DNA of 64,000 nucleotides from Candidatus Latescibacterota bacterium. Its GTDB lineage: Bacteria > Latescibacterota > UBA2968. The position numbers and the translations under genes were made by a program. The notes beneath the pieces are model-generated. The model had not been told where the DNA came from. It ran no database searches and was given only the letters and a program-made list of their open reading frames with translations. Shown here piece by piece: positions 1 through 11,500 of the stretch (position 1 is the first letter of the stretch; the number at the start of each line of letters is the position of its first letter). The DNA is taken from assembly GCA_965205975.1 (NCBI GenBank), contig OZ242195.1:4512001-4576000 (forward strand), written 5' to 3'.

Positions 1-1512
1 TTGTGCAGCGGCGTTTGAGGCTGGCTTCTGCGGCGGCAGAGCGAGGATCCTGGATTTGCGGTCGTTATACATATCATTCCACTGCTGATCAAAGAAGAAG
101 ACACCATCCCAAAAACGCACCTTGCCCGTTCCAGGAATTTCTTTTAATCGGTCTTTTGGAATCATATAGCTGAGTTCGACTCGTATCCTGTTTTGTTCTT
201 CAAAGGTGGCGATCTGATGGGGAAGGGTGTATTTTCGATTGAGATAGGGATCGACAAAGCGTTGGACTGTTTTTCGGAAGGTGTGATGCGAGGCTTCGTC
301 GAAGTACCCCGGGTGAAAGCGGGCACCACCTTGTCCTACCTCAAAACCACCACAGAAGCTCCAGCGATCACTGCCGTTCCCGCAATATTCGATCTTGAAT
401 GTTTCGTAGTACCAGGTTTCCATCATTCTGTGAAATGCCCTATACGGGTCCCCCCCTACAGAAAAGAAAAAGGTTTTTCTACTTCTATATCTTCCAAATT
501 TGATATAGGTCTTCCCCATATCCGTCTGCCAGCCTTCAACATCATCTGAAAATCGCCTGAATCGCAAATTTGCGTAAGCCATACGGCCAAAGTGCGCCAT
601 TTTTCTTTCGTTAAATTCTGACAAATAGAGCGGGTCCTGACGCTTCCAAAACATCTCGCGTTCCAAGAGCGCATCTATCGTCTGCGTCGTATCGCGGGAG
701 GTATGATCTTCTTCGGACACGAGCAGGTCGATAGATTCGAGTAACTCGCGTTCTTCAACACGCATCAAGTCAAGGGCGCGTTGATAGTATTCATGCGAGT
801 CATCGAATTCGCCAATCTGATAGGCGGCAAGCCCACAGAACAACAGCGCATTTTTGTCATCTGGATGTTGCGCGCGCAGGGCTTGCATCAAGGCATGGAA
901 GGCATCCCAGTATTTATCTTCAAAGTAAATTATGCCCAAAAAATAATAAGGTTGCTGATTGGTCCCATCTAACCGAATGCTTTTTCGCAAGACCTGAATT
1001 GCCTCTCGTTTCGCTTCCTGGGCAAAACCCCTGAAATCCCGGGTTTGGGAATTATCTTTTGCTCTGAGAAACTCATACACCCAGAACATACCCAGCCTAT
1101 TGAGAACATCTGTATTGTTTGGATCCTTTTTGATCACGTTCTCAAATTGGTGGAATGCGCGGGATCGAAAGCCTTGATGCCACAAAATCTTTCCGCGTAT
1201 CAGCCGATACGCAATATTGTCGGGATCAATTGCGATTGCCTGCTGTATCATCCGCATTGCGCGCTGTCGGCCATTTACGCTGTGGTCCAGCAGATGCAGT
1301 TTGGCCAATTCATTATATGCAGGGGCATAATTTCTGTCTTTGGAAATAATCTCTTCGAAAGCTTTGATACTTTCCTTTTGACTCACCTGACCAATTTGTT
1401 CCAGTGCATTCTGAAACAGCGCGTCTATTGCGGTTTCCCCTCTGGACGTGCCAGGTCCCAAAAGGCAAGCCAACGCGATCAATCCCATGCGAATTGTAAA
1501 TCGCTTCTTCAT
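1..1512 (-). CDS. TPR + GWxTD domain-containing protein (runs off the left edge, partial)
   Basis: Not in the ORF track because it has no stop in the window. Segments translated by hand from ATG at 1512: signal-like MKKRFTIRMGLIALACLLG, TPR-like 'NYAPAYNELAKLHL', then FWKRQDPLYLSEFNERKMAHFGRMAYANLRF...EGWQTDMGKTYIKFG (literal GWxTD motif). The same frame reads open at position 1. Confidence 0.85.
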   Translation of the reverse strand, partial: MKKRFTIRMGLIALACLLGPGTSRGETAIDALFQNALEQIGQVSQKESIKAFEEIISKDRNYAPAYNELAKLHLLDHSVNGRQRAMRMIQQAIAIDPDNIAYRLIRGKILWHQGFRSRAFHQFENVIKKDPNNTDVLNRLGMFWVYEFLRAKDNSQTRDFRGFAQEAKREAIQVLRKSIRLDGTNQQPYYFLGIIYFEDKYWDAFHALMQALRAQHPDDKNALLFCGLAAYQIGEFDDSHEYYQRALDLMRVEERELLESIDLLVSEEDHTSRDTTQTIDALLEREMFWKRQDPLYLSEFNERKMAHFGRMAYANLRFRRFSDDVEGWQTDMGKTYIKFGRYRSRKTFFFSVGGDPYRAFHRMMETWYYETFKIEYCGNGSDRWSFCGGFEVGQGGARFHPGYFDEASHHTFRKTVQRFVDPYLNRKYTLPHQIATFEEQNRIRVELSYMIPKDRLKEIPGTGKVRFWDGVFFFDQQWNDMYNDRKSRILALPPQKPASNAAAQ

Positions 1513-1575
1513 AGCACATCCCTTTCTGTCTCAGTGGGGAAGGCGTGAACAAAAACAAAGGACGTGGTTTTTTGA

Positions 1576-4077
1576 TTAAGGTTCTGTCGGCACCTCGACA
1601 TTGAACACAGCCTGTCGATTCACACGTTGTCCCGAATTTAAATCATCAATGGCTACTTCCACCATCTTGAGACCAGGCTTCAGAGACTCTGTCTCCAATG
1701 CGAAAAAAACGGGTTCTTCTGTCGCATTCACAACCCGTTCATAGCTAATCGTAAACTCCGGTTCTTTCGCGCCAGCAAACAGCCGTCTCAATCCACCGAT
1801 TACCACACTTGCTACCGCCTTGCTGCCAGACACATTTGGGCGAATGGTATAGGTCACCCGATATTTCGCCTGACCAAACGCATCCAGCGTCAGGTTGTAC
1901 ACTTCGTAATACAGGTTTGCATCCTTATGGAGATTAAAACTCCTCGTAGGAGACGGTATCACTACAAGCTCACCTTTTGTAAACTTTGATGTCTGCGATG
2001 TCTGTGATGTATCAGATATATTATAGGCCATTTCGATTTCACTAACGGCCAGGGAATCTTCAAATGTCGGGATTTCCACCTGCTGGCGATACATACCCCA
2101 CCGGCCAGATACGCGATCTGCTAACTTTACACCCAGGGTATAATGACCAGGCGGAACATCCAGAGATGCCAATTCTACAAATAATCCTTTGTCTTGATTC
2201 TTTGCCACCTCACCCTCAAAGGCGAGCTCATCCGTTTTGCGATAGATCGAGTCTCCTTTGGCATCAGCCAGAACAATGGTTCTTTCTACCGCCATACGAA
2301 CAACCCGATCATCTACATTTTCTAAACGAATTTGCTCTGGCGGAATACCAAAATAAACTTCCAGTGAAGAGCGTTCATTTTCTCCGCGAAAACTCACCGT
2401 ATCATAATAAAATTCTAATAACTTAACACCTGGAGGAACATCAAAATACTCGGGCAACTCCGAAACTGTTTGCATGAGTTGATATGCAGGAGAATGCAAA
2501 GAGGCATGCAGCCCCAAAGACGCATGCCAAATCGTATTTGGTTGAAGCGGAAAATCCCAACTGCCACTCATATATCGATCGGTAAATACAAACTCCAATC
2601 CATCACCAATATTCAGATATACCCAGGATTCCCAGGGCACCCTGGTTGATCCATCAGGAGAACGTTCAATCGGAGCAACAGGCTCAATACCCCATGATAA
2701 TCCTGGCGGAATATTGAGATGCACTGTTCCAAAGGGCCCTTTAACTTCCCATAACCACTCGCTCAGAGGTACTTGATCTAAGCCAATTTTAATTTCCTCC
2801 CCAGCATTCTCATATTCAATCCGTTTCTGCGTGTCTAATTCACGTGGATCTTCTACAGAAACACTCGGTTCGTACATCGATGGCTTTCCAGGTGTCCACG
2901 ATTCACCAGGCAGCACCCGGGGCAATAAATATCGGCTCTGTTCTTGTGCTTTATATCCGAAAGTGCGACCAAATAATTCATCTATTTTACGCATCTTAAA
3001 ATTCTGAACTGCCACACTCGGTATCGAATTCTCACCTCCAGAACTGGACCTGTAATCAGGTTCTCCATACCGAATATATACCTCACCGCGTCTATCCCAC
3101 GGCTGATCCTTGCGACCAAAGAATGTACGCGCATACCACACACGGCGATAATGTTCCATACGTCGGGCATCTCCACCCAACATCAAAGCACCTTCGCGGC
3201 TTTCCCAAAAGCGGGTTAAAAAATTTTCGCGCTCATCCTCTGAGATGGATGCCAGTGCCTCCAGTTCAGCATCCGTAGCGATAAGCGATAGATCATTGTA
3301 ATAGGCGCGTTCATCCTCAGAAACACCTTGCAAATATTCTTCAAATAGGATCAAGCTGCGCTCTGCATCACCTCGAGAAGCATACCCTTGTGCTATCAAG
3401 GGCATCCATCTCATATCATTCGAAAAACGCTCTTTTGCTTCAGCACTTATCTTCAGGACTTCATCGTAGCGATGATTTTCAAGATGTGATAGTGTCAGGT
3501 GATAATATCCCATCGGATCATTTGGAAAGTGGGCGATGTATTGTTCGCAGTATTGTACTATCTCCCGCTTATAATTTAGGTGAGCTTGCTCGTACCATAA
3601 AATTAACTCGCGATATCCCGGGGCATAGTTTGGGTCCATTTCGATAACTCGGCGCAATGCTTTCTCTGCATCCTGATTGCCTAATTCTACGTGCAATAGC
3701 GCAATCTGCATTTGGGCTTCGAGATATGCAGGATCTACACCTAACGCTTGACGAAAAGCGACAAATGCCTTTTGATCCATTCTTTCCATCATTACATAAA
3801 CTTTTCCCAACCCGGTGTATGCCTCAGCCGACTTTGCATATCGCACGCCTTTGTCGAAAGCCTTCTTAGCATCCGTTAACCGCTCTTCACTTAGATATAC
3901 ATAACCGAGCTTTATCCAGGCATCACCGTCTTTGGGGTTATCCTGTAAATGGGATGTAAGAACCTCAATGGCGTCTGTTACCGACTCGGCATTCGATTGG
4001 TCATGCGCCTCAAGCCCCCACAAGAGTTGCGGGAGTAAGAAGACGCAAAGTATCAACCAATGGTTCTTGCCAGTCAT
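1576..4077 (-). CDS. TPR + GWxTD-like domain protein, secreted
   Basis: 840-aa ORF; likely start MTGKNHW at 4077 after an AGGAGG RBS. Signal peptide, TPRs, FW..R/EHYRRVWYARTFF..PWDRRGEVYIRYGEPD, WESWVY and C-terminal Ig-like domains. Confidence 0.85.
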   Translation of the reverse strand: MTGKNHWLILCVFLLPQLLWGLEAHDQSNAESVTDAIEVLTSHLQDNPKDGDAWIKLGYVYLSEERLTDAKKAFDKGVRYAKSAEAYTGLGKVYVMMERMDQKAFVAFRQALGVDPAYLEAQMQIALLHVELGNQDAEKALRRVIEMDPNYAPGYRELILWYEQAHLNYKREIVQYCEQYIAHFPNDPMGYYHLTLSHLENHRYDEVLKISAEAKERFSNDMRWMPLIAQGYASRGDAERSLILFEEYLQGVSEDERAYYNDLSLIATDAELEALASISEDERENFLTRFWESREGALMLGGDARRMEHYRRVWYARTFFGRKDQPWDRRGEVYIRYGEPDYRSSSGGENSIPSVAVQNFKMRKIDELFGRTFGYKAQEQSRYLLPRVLPGESWTPGKPSMYEPSVSVEDPRELDTQKRIEYENAGEEIKIGLDQVPLSEWLWEVKGPFGTVHLNIPPGLSWGIEPVAPIERSPDGSTRVPWESWVYLNIGDGLEFVFTDRYMSGSWDFPLQPNTIWHASLGLHASLHSPAYQLMQTVSELPEYFDVPPGVKLLEFYYDTVSFRGENERSSLEVYFGIPPEQIRLENVDDRVVRMAVERTIVLADAKGDSIYRKTDELAFEGEVAKNQDKGLFVELASLDVPPGHYTLGVKLADRVSGRWGMYRQQVEIPTFEDSLAVSEIEMAYNISDTSQTSQTSKFTKGELVVIPSPTRSFNLHKDANLYYEVYNLTLDAFGQAKYRVTYTIRPNVSGSKAVASVVIGGLRRLFAGAKEPEFTISYERVVNATEEPVFFALETESLKPGLKMVEVAIDDLNSGQRVNRQAVFNVEVPTEP

Positions 4078-4154
4078 GTCATCCTCCTGTTGACACACGT
4101 TTGAATAATCAAATTCCTTACCCTTTATACAGTTTTATACAGCAATTGTTTCGT

Positions 4155-6140
4155 TCAATACCATTTGTGAACCGTATGTCCCTGGGGCATGAACCAGATC
4201 GCATCTACGATGAGGCCCAGGGCGGTTGACAGGACATAAGCCACGAGCATGCCGACGAAAAACGGTTTGGAGCGGCGGTAAAAAGGTGCCCCGCCGATGC
4301 GCAATAATGTGAATTTGATCAGCCAGGCGACAAAGATGGTGAAGCTGGTGAGGCGGGCGAGTCCGGTGCCCGATAGGGCGAGGCCAATGGGGTGCAGGGG
4401 CCACCAGGTGAATTGGTATCGCAGGAATAACAGGGCGTACATGGCGAATGCGCCGATGAGAAAGAAATAGTAGTCGATCTCTTCCATCGGTTGCGGCGAT
4501 ACGATCGCGTTGACGGAATTTTGATATCCGCCTATGCCTGCGCGAATGATGAGCCAATTTGGCGAGAAATTGTACCCGCCAATGCGATAGCCCAGCCAGA
4601 TTGTAAAGAGGGTGGATGAGACGATGCCGACCACAAAAGCCACGCAGAGGCCGCCGAAGAGGGGGCGTTTGTTGCCGGTGATGAAGTCGGACAGGCGGTT
4701 GAGGTGCGTGCCCACGGAAAAGGTAAATCCGCGGAAGTGATCGATGGCGACAGATGCCGGATAGATCATGGCATGAGACGCCGCTGGAATGGCGCGGGCA
4801 CCGCCCATAAGCGCGGTTGTCAGTGTCCAGGCCCTGGATGGTGCCATGACGTAAATAAGTCCGGAATCGGCCAGAATTTTCGATACGGCACCATAGGACA
4901 AAAACATGAATGGCAACAGGATGGCGAGGACTTTCCACGCCATGCCCGCTGCGGACAACCAGACCAGTGCGTAGGCGACTGAAGCGGCGAGATAGCAGAA
5001 GGCTGCGCGATAGGATATGAGTTCTCGGCTGTCGTCTATATGCTCGCTTTTTGGATGGAGCGCTTTTTGAAATGCCTCTTTCAGATGCGCCCGCGCTATC
5101 CACACCCACCACAGTGATAGGGCGACAAACGCGCCCGTTGTTTGCCAGAGATAGCGTTTGGAGGCGTAGTAGCGGTTAAAGGCCGGTATGCCGAGTTGAT
5201 CGAGGATGCCGGATTCTACGATGAATATGAGATCAAAGAGCCACATGCTGAACAATAATTCCAGGCTCGCAAAATACGAAAAGCATATTCCCACGGTGCT
5301 TACGAATACCCACTGCGGCGGAAAGTTCCGGCCAATGGGTACCCAGGTGCCACCGGCGGTTGGAAATTTTGGCAGCGCGGGATGAAACCACGCGATGATG
5401 TTCCAGACGAATATCACGCCTACCACGCCAAATCCAGTCCAGAACATCCGTCCCTGCATAAACTCGGGCAAATAGGTCCGTCCCGTGCCGGGCTGTGTGG
5501 TCAGTTCGACGATGGGCTCCATGGCGGGATAGACCAGTTTTTCGTGCTCTGCCCATTGTTTGCGCATGATGACCGAGGCACAAAAGCAGGCGAGTGCTAT
5601 GGCACATACAAAGGTGAACCACCAGAAGAGGGGACCGATCCAGACGGACCAGGGCACGGGCGCACCGGCGGGCAAGCCGTCGTAGAACCAGTTCATTGCG
5701 CCGTCGCGATTGGATGGAATAATCCATTCGGGCAGGTGCGGGTGCAAAAACTCTGCCCACCGGTTTTCGGGCGAGGAAAAATAGTAGGGGGTTACGATGA
5801 CGCCGACCAGATATCCGCTTACCCCGTATGTGGGACCGAGGGAACAGATAAAGCCCATTGAAAAGATTGCGAGCCATTCGCCCGGGGAAAAGGCAAAGGG
5901 TTTGCCAAAGTACCGCGCGAGCACACTGCACACAATCAGACACAGCAGGGTGAGCATCAGGTTGCCCATGGGCATGTGGCTGTAGGCCATAAATGAGCTG
6001 TGCATGATATATCGCGCGACTGTTGCCAGTGCGTTGATTGCAACAACCAGCACAAGCCCAAAGATCAGCGATCGGACTGTGACCCCTTTGTTCGCAGGAT
6101 CTGGCGAATCTGCGATTGGATATGTTCGTTCTGCGCTCAA
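4155..6140 (-). CDS. DUF6785/DUF6784-family polytopic membrane protein (putative transporter)
   Basis: 661 aa with many TM segments. Motifs PYY..SPENRW, W..W..P..WW, RKQW...EKL.YP and WWPLHPIG are typical of the family. Confidence 0.75.
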   Translation of the reverse strand: MSAERTYPIADSPDPANKGVTVRSLIFGLVLVVAINALATVARYIMHSSFMAYSHMPMGNLMLTLLCLIVCSVLARYFGKPFAFSPGEWLAIFSMGFICSLGPTYGVSGYLVGVIVTPYYFSSPENRWAEFLHPHLPEWIIPSNRDGAMNWFYDGLPAGAPVPWSVWIGPLFWWFTFVCAIALACFCASVIMRKQWAEHEKLVYPAMEPIVELTTQPGTGRTYLPEFMQGRMFWTGFGVVGVIFVWNIIAWFHPALPKFPTAGGTWVPIGRNFPPQWVFVSTVGICFSYFASLELLFSMWLFDLIFIVESGILDQLGIPAFNRYYASKRYLWQTTGAFVALSLWWVWIARAHLKEAFQKALHPKSEHIDDSRELISYRAAFCYLAASVAYALVWLSAAGMAWKVLAILLPFMFLSYGAVSKILADSGLIYVMAPSRAWTLTTALMGGARAIPAASHAMIYPASVAIDHFRGFTFSVGTHLNRLSDFITGNKRPLFGGLCVAFVVGIVSSTLFTIWLGYRIGGYNFSPNWLIIRAGIGGYQNSVNAIVSPQPMEEIDYYFFLIGAFAMYALLFLRYQFTWWPLHPIGLALSGTGLARLTSFTIFVAWLIKFTLLRIGGAPFYRRSKPFFVGMLVAYVLSTALGLIVDAIWFMPQGHTVHKWY

Positions 6141-6150
6141 TTTTTAATTT

Positions 6151-8493
6151 TTACCTCTTACCGATTCTGAATATCCCCTCCCGAATAGCGGTCTGGGCGC
6201 TGTTGAGGTCTTTTACTGTCATGATTAACCGATACCGCCCGGTTTCAATGCGGCCGATGTCCAGTTCGACGTAGTCGGCAGTCCAGAGGTCGCGCCCCGT
6301 TTGTTCGTATTGTACGGTGATCAGTTCCCCATCTCTGCGCCGTATTCTGGGTTGCGAGGCGAGTTCGCGTCCTTTTTCCGGTGCTACGGCAAAGGCGACC
6401 TGGTAGCGCGTTTGCCCGAAGGTGTCTCGCGTCAGGTTGTAAATTTCAAAATAAACGAAGATGGGAGTCCCGAGAAAAAAGGTGCGGGATGGCGATGTTG
6501 TGATGCGCCATTTGTTGCGCGCAGTCGTGGTGTCGCTTTGGCTTTCGTTTGAGGAAGCCGGTTGTTCAATATGCTGTGCGATCTGTAGATCGCTGAGCAT
6601 TAAACTGTCACCTGAAAAATCGTGCAGGCGCACTTTTTCCCGATAATTGCCCAGGCGATTGGTGTTGACGCGCCACATTTGTACGGCGAGGTCATATTCG
6701 CCGGGGGATAGGGGGATGTCGATGCGGTCTCTGGCGATCAGGCTTTTTCCCCGGAGTCCAGGGGGTATGGGGATGCCTACGTCTTCCCGCAGGCGTTTTG
6801 CTTCGCGGTTCTGGTCATCTACGAGGGCGATGCGCCGCTCGATTACGACTGTGGTATCCGGGTCTCTGGACATTGCCACTTCGTCGATTGGGAGGCCGAT
6901 GTTGATTTGCAGGTCTGTTTTGCCATTTTTTCCGCGGAATGACAGGGCCTCGTAGTAGAAGTTGAGGGGATCGAGGTCGGATGTGTCGTAGCGTTCGGGT
7001 TTTTTTGCCGCTGCTGCTGCGACTTGTGATGCAGGCGAGAAGTCGTTCACCATTTGGAGGAATCTGAGCGGCGACCCGCGAGAAGCGACGTCATAAACAT
7101 CTTCTCTGTCGATGGTCGGTACGGGGGCATAGCCGAAGATATTTGAGTGCATTTCGTCGGTGAATACGACTTCTATACCGTGGTTGATGTCGGGATAGAT
7201 CCACACTTCCCAGGGTACGCTGGAGAAATCGTTTCCGGCTGTTACGGGTTTCCATCCACGCAAGCCGAGGGTGCCGTCGTCTTCTTCGAGGGGGAGGTTG
7301 CTTTCGACATTTCGAAGCGCAATGCGGACGGGAAATACAGGTCCGGTGTAGGTTACAGTTGTGCCGGGACGGCCGTAGAGTTGAAATGCCAGTTTTTCCT
7401 GGATGCGCTGCACGGGGATCGGTACGCTGGCATTGGGCTCGCGCCAGGTTGAGCGGTAATCCGGCTCTCCGTATCGGATATAGACTTCGCCCCGCTGATC
7501 AAAGGGGTATTTGTAACGCCCAAAGAAGGTTCGCGCGTGCCAGACGCGGCGGTAGTGTTCTGCGCGTCTCTGGCTTCCTCCGGTTGTGCCAAAAGGGTCT
7601 TTGCGGATCCAGAAGGCGTTCAGAAAGGCGTCCATATCTTCGTCTGAGATTGTGCGGTAGGATGCGATTTCTCCCGGCGTGGCGATCAGGGAAATGTCTT
7701 CATAGATTGCTTTTTCCCGTTGAGATAGGGTGTCCAGATATTTTTGAAATACGGATAGGGCGTCTTCATAGCGCCGCGAGGCCAGAAGTACTTGCGCCAA
7801 TAGCGGGAGTCTTCGCGCATCGGTCATGCGCGAAGCGATCTCGGTTACGACGTTGTAGCGTTTTTCGGTCAAAAATTCAAGGGCAAATTCAAGTGCGGGC
7901 GTTTCGTCCTGTGCGCCATAGGACAGGTAGGTGTTGTAGTGGGATAGTGCCCGGGGGGTATCGCCTTTTTTGCGATAAAGACGCGCCAATAGCAGGTGGG
8001 CGGGACCATAGCGGGGATTGATTTGTAGTGCCTTGTTTGCCGCTTCTATTGCGTCTTTTTCTTTTCCGCGCGCCAGATGGGTTCTGCCGAGGACTTCGCG
8101 GCTTTCGGCGCGGTTGGAATCGGCCTGGATCGCCTGTTTGAGATGGGAGGTCGCGCGTTTGAGTTTGTTGCGATATTCCAGTAGAACGCGTCCCAATCCG
8201 AGGTGGGCATCTCCCTGATGCGGATCGTTTTTCAGTGATCGCTCAAATGCGGCTTCGGCGCTGTCGGGCAGTTGTAGCCGAAGATAGAGATGGCCGATAC
8301 GGGCGAGTAGCAGGGTGGAGTCCGCAGAACTGGGCACTGCTTCGTTTAATGTGTTGAGGGCTTCTCTGATCAGGGTTTTTCGCCCGAGAGCCTGAGCTTT
8401 GAGATAAACGGCATCCAGGTCTGTATCTTCGGCGGAGGCATGTCCGGCAATGCAGAAAAGTAGAAGGAAATGTACCCAATAGCGAATATTCAT
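6151..8493 (-). CDS. TPR + GWxTD-like domain protein, secreted
   Basis: 780 aa; signal peptide, TPRs, FWIRKDP...EHYRRVWHARTFF...PFDQRGEVYIRYGEPD, WEVWIY and C-terminal Ig-like domains. Confidence 0.85.
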   Translation of the reverse strand: MNIRYWVHFLLLFCIAGHASAEDTDLDAVYLKAQALGRKTLIREALNTLNEAVPSSADSTLLLARIGHLYLRLQLPDSAEAAFERSLKNDPHQGDAHLGLGRVLLEYRNKLKRATSHLKQAIQADSNRAESREVLGRTHLARGKEKDAIEAANKALQINPRYGPAHLLLARLYRKKGDTPRALSHYNTYLSYGAQDETPALEFALEFLTEKRYNVVTEIASRMTDARRLPLLAQVLLASRRYEDALSVFQKYLDTLSQREKAIYEDISLIATPGEIASYRTISDEDMDAFLNAFWIRKDPFGTTGGSQRRAEHYRRVWHARTFFGRYKYPFDQRGEVYIRYGEPDYRSTWREPNASVPIPVQRIQEKLAFQLYGRPGTTVTYTGPVFPVRIALRNVESNLPLEEDDGTLGLRGWKPVTAGNDFSSVPWEVWIYPDINHGIEVVFTDEMHSNIFGYAPVPTIDREDVYDVASRGSPLRFLQMVNDFSPASQVAAAAAKKPERYDTSDLDPLNFYYEALSFRGKNGKTDLQINIGLPIDEVAMSRDPDTTVVIERRIALVDDQNREAKRLREDVGIPIPPGLRGKSLIARDRIDIPLSPGEYDLAVQMWRVNTNRLGNYREKVRLHDFSGDSLMLSDLQIAQHIEQPASSNESQSDTTTARNKWRITTSPSRTFFLGTPIFVYFEIYNLTRDTFGQTRYQVAFAVAPEKGRELASQPRIRRRDGELITVQYEQTGRDLWTADYVELDIGRIETGRYRLIMTVKDLNSAQTAIREGIFRIGKR

Positions 8494-8500
8494 AATTGTC

Positions 8501-11500
8501 TCACTGTACTACAAAAAGGGCATTTTTAGAGGCGGTCTGTTCGCTGTTCAAATCGGTTATCACGACTTCCAGCGCGTAGCGTCCCGGTTCGCGGTCGCCC
8601 AATTCCAATTCGGTATAGACGGTTTCCAGGTCCATTGTTCCGACCTGTTCATATCCCATTAACACTTTTTCTCGTTTGCCGCCAAGCGTTCTCACCATGC
8701 GAGATACGGCACCGCCCACGCCTTTGCCTTTTGGCGCGATTGTGTATTCCACCTGGTATTTTGTCTGACCAAATTCATCGCGTTTCAGATTGTAGATTTC
8801 GTAATACACGAAAATGTTTTGTCCCTTCGGATAGGTTCGCGTGGGCATGGGCACCACGTGTAACTCGCCTTTGCGGAATTTGTCCTGGGGTCCGCCTTCT
8901 GCAATGCGCCATGCGAGTTCCAGGTCGCTCACTTTCATCGAGCGGGTCTGATATTTTTCCAATTCGATAATCTGGCGATAACGCCCCTGCCGCCCGGACA
9001 GGCGGTCCTGTAGCTGTACTTCCAGCTTGTAATATCCCGGTGGGGCGTCCAGGCGCACGACATCGGGTACAAAGGCGCCCTGTATGCCGGTTTGATCGCC
9101 TTTATTGCGAAAGCGCACATCGCCGGTGCGCCGATATACGTCTCCGGTTTGTTCGTTCAAGAGGGATACGGTTCGCTCCACGACCAGTTCGGTAGTGTTG
9201 TTTTCGGCAAAATACCGCCCCAGTGTCCGCGGGATTCCCGTATAGACTTCCAGCGCGCTCACGTCATTTTGGAGGCTCTGAAAATCTGCGAGATCGTAAT
9301 AGAATTCCAGGGGGCGGGTGTTTTCTGGGGTTGCGTAATAATCCGGTGTTACCCGCGCGGCGAACTCGGTAACCCTGCGGGGATTGTACCGGTTGAGTAG
9401 AGCCAGTGTGCGGATGGGGATGTTGGGATCCAGGGGCGCGGGCGCGTAGTCGAAATTGCCGTTCATTGCTTCGTCGGTGAAGGTTATTTCGATGCCGCCG
9501 TTCACATCGGTATAGATCCAAGTCTCCCACCGAACCATTGAGGCGTCTTCCGGAACGGAGACCGCGTGGAAATCCGGCTGGAGATCAAAAAATCCACTTC
9601 CCATGTTTCCGGCGTTGACCACTGTATTTGCCAGCCGTTCAAAAGTGCTGATGTCTTCTCCGGTCTGGTCATCGCCTGTTGCCTGTGCCGAACGCACGGT
9701 GCGCTGTTCTTCGTCTCCTGACTCGAGTCCCTGTCGCTCCCGTTCCTGTGACTGTTCAATGGCCTGCTGCATGGATTCGTCCTCGATTTGCGCCCTGAGT
9801 GGGGTTGCGCCACTTAGTCTGGCTTGAAGTCCCCGCACGGGATATACCGGGCCAAAGTAGGTCTGTTGCGCGGCTTCGCCACCAAATAGCGTTTGTGCCA
9901 CGCGCTCTTTGACACGCTGCACGGAGAGGCTCTGATCCAGGTTCAGCATGTTGGAACGCGATCTGTAATCCGGTTCTCCGAATCGGATATAGACCTCGCC
10001 GCGCCGGTCAAAGGGCTTTTTTTTCTCTGAGAAATTGGTGAGGGCATACCATACCCGTCTGTAGTGCTCCAGTTTGCGTTCGTTGATCGATGTGATCAGG
10101 TTTGGGTCTTTCAGTGCCCAGAATTGTCGCAAATATGACGAACGCGCCGCGTCTGTGTCGAGGCTGTTGTATTCTTCCAGCTCTTCGACGGATGCGAGGA
10201 ATTGGATGTCTTCGTATAGTGCGCGGTGTTGCGGATTGAGGTGCGCCACATAGCGGGAAAAATAGGTCTGTGCCCAGTTCGGGCGTTTCTGTTCAAGACA
10301 TGCCTGCGCCAGGATGGGCAGGGATGTTATTTCTTCGGGGTACTCGCGGATGTGATCTTCCAGTAACTGCACGATGCGGTCGAAATTTTTGCTTCGCAAA
10401 TAGGCTCTTGAGAGCAGTTCTCTGCCTTCCGGGTCCCCGGGCGCGAGTGTTATATAGCGGGCATAGGCCATGGCCGCCTGTTCATAGTCTTCTTCCTGTT
10501 CTTCCCACCATTTGCCCAGCAGTTTGTAGGTCGGCGCGTAGGTTGGGTCCAGTGCAATGACGTGATCGAGGTCGCGTTTGGTGTCGTATTCTTTGAGCTT
10601 ATATCGCGCCTGCGCCATGTTGAAACGGGCATCGCGGTGGGTATTGTATAGCTGCGATAGCCGTTCATCTGGCGGCCACTGCAAGGCTCTTCTGAAATAG
10701 CGGATGGCGTTGTACATGCCTTTGGGGCGATTTTGAAAGACGAGTCCCAGTCCGTTGTACGCCTCGGATAGGCGGTGATTGAGGTCAATTGCTCGCTCAA
10801 AAGCGTCCCGCGCGCGGTCGTAATTCTCTACCTCTAAATAGGCATAGCCGAGGAGGCAATGGCCCAGTTCCATCTCGGGTGCGACATGGGTGAGTGCGGT
10901 TAGTATGGGCACGGCGAGGGTGTCGTTTTGCGATAGGAAGATTTTGCCTATTGTCAGGAGTGAATCTATCTGTGTTTGTCCAATGGGGCGGTCCTGCACG
11001 CGATAATTCTCGGTGTGTCGAACCAGTTCTACGAAGCGGCCGGGGTAAAAATAGCTTACGACAATGGCTTCACCTGTAGCGGCGTTGGGTCTGTAAAAAT
11101 AGCTGACGGGCCGGGTTTGGTCCCGATCTACGGGGGCGCGGAACAGGCGGGCGATGGTCCCGGGATCTGCCCGGGATTCCGCAATAGCCCATTTTTGAAG
11201 CGCGGACAGTTGGTCGGGCATTTCTCCGCGATGGTCGCGGTGGTATGCGGTTAATAGCCTGGCGATTGCGGTGAGGTGGTCGCGGCAAACCCAGCGCGAT
11301 CCATTTTTCCGAATTTCTTGCGCGGCGGTTTGAAAGGTTTGCACATAGTCCCGCATTGGTGATTCGGATAGACCGTTTTTAGCGGATTGTCTGGCCAAGG
11401 ATTCAAAATGGCGCGCCGCCTGTTTGTAATAATCAGCGGCTTGTTTGAAGTCCCAGCGCGAGAGGCTCAATTGCGCCAGGCGTGCAGCGTTGAAGCCCGA

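Noticed and set aside
193..1558. Short ORFs listed in the first 1.5 kb
   Set aside because: They are shadows of the partial minus-strand GWxTD gene (1..1512) that the track missed.
4135..5943. Long alternative-frame ORFs (325 and 236 aa; likewise 26616..27602, 32388..33491, 24024..24764)
   Set aside because: These are Arg/Pro-rich shadow ORFs of GC-rich genes, with no recognisable motifs.
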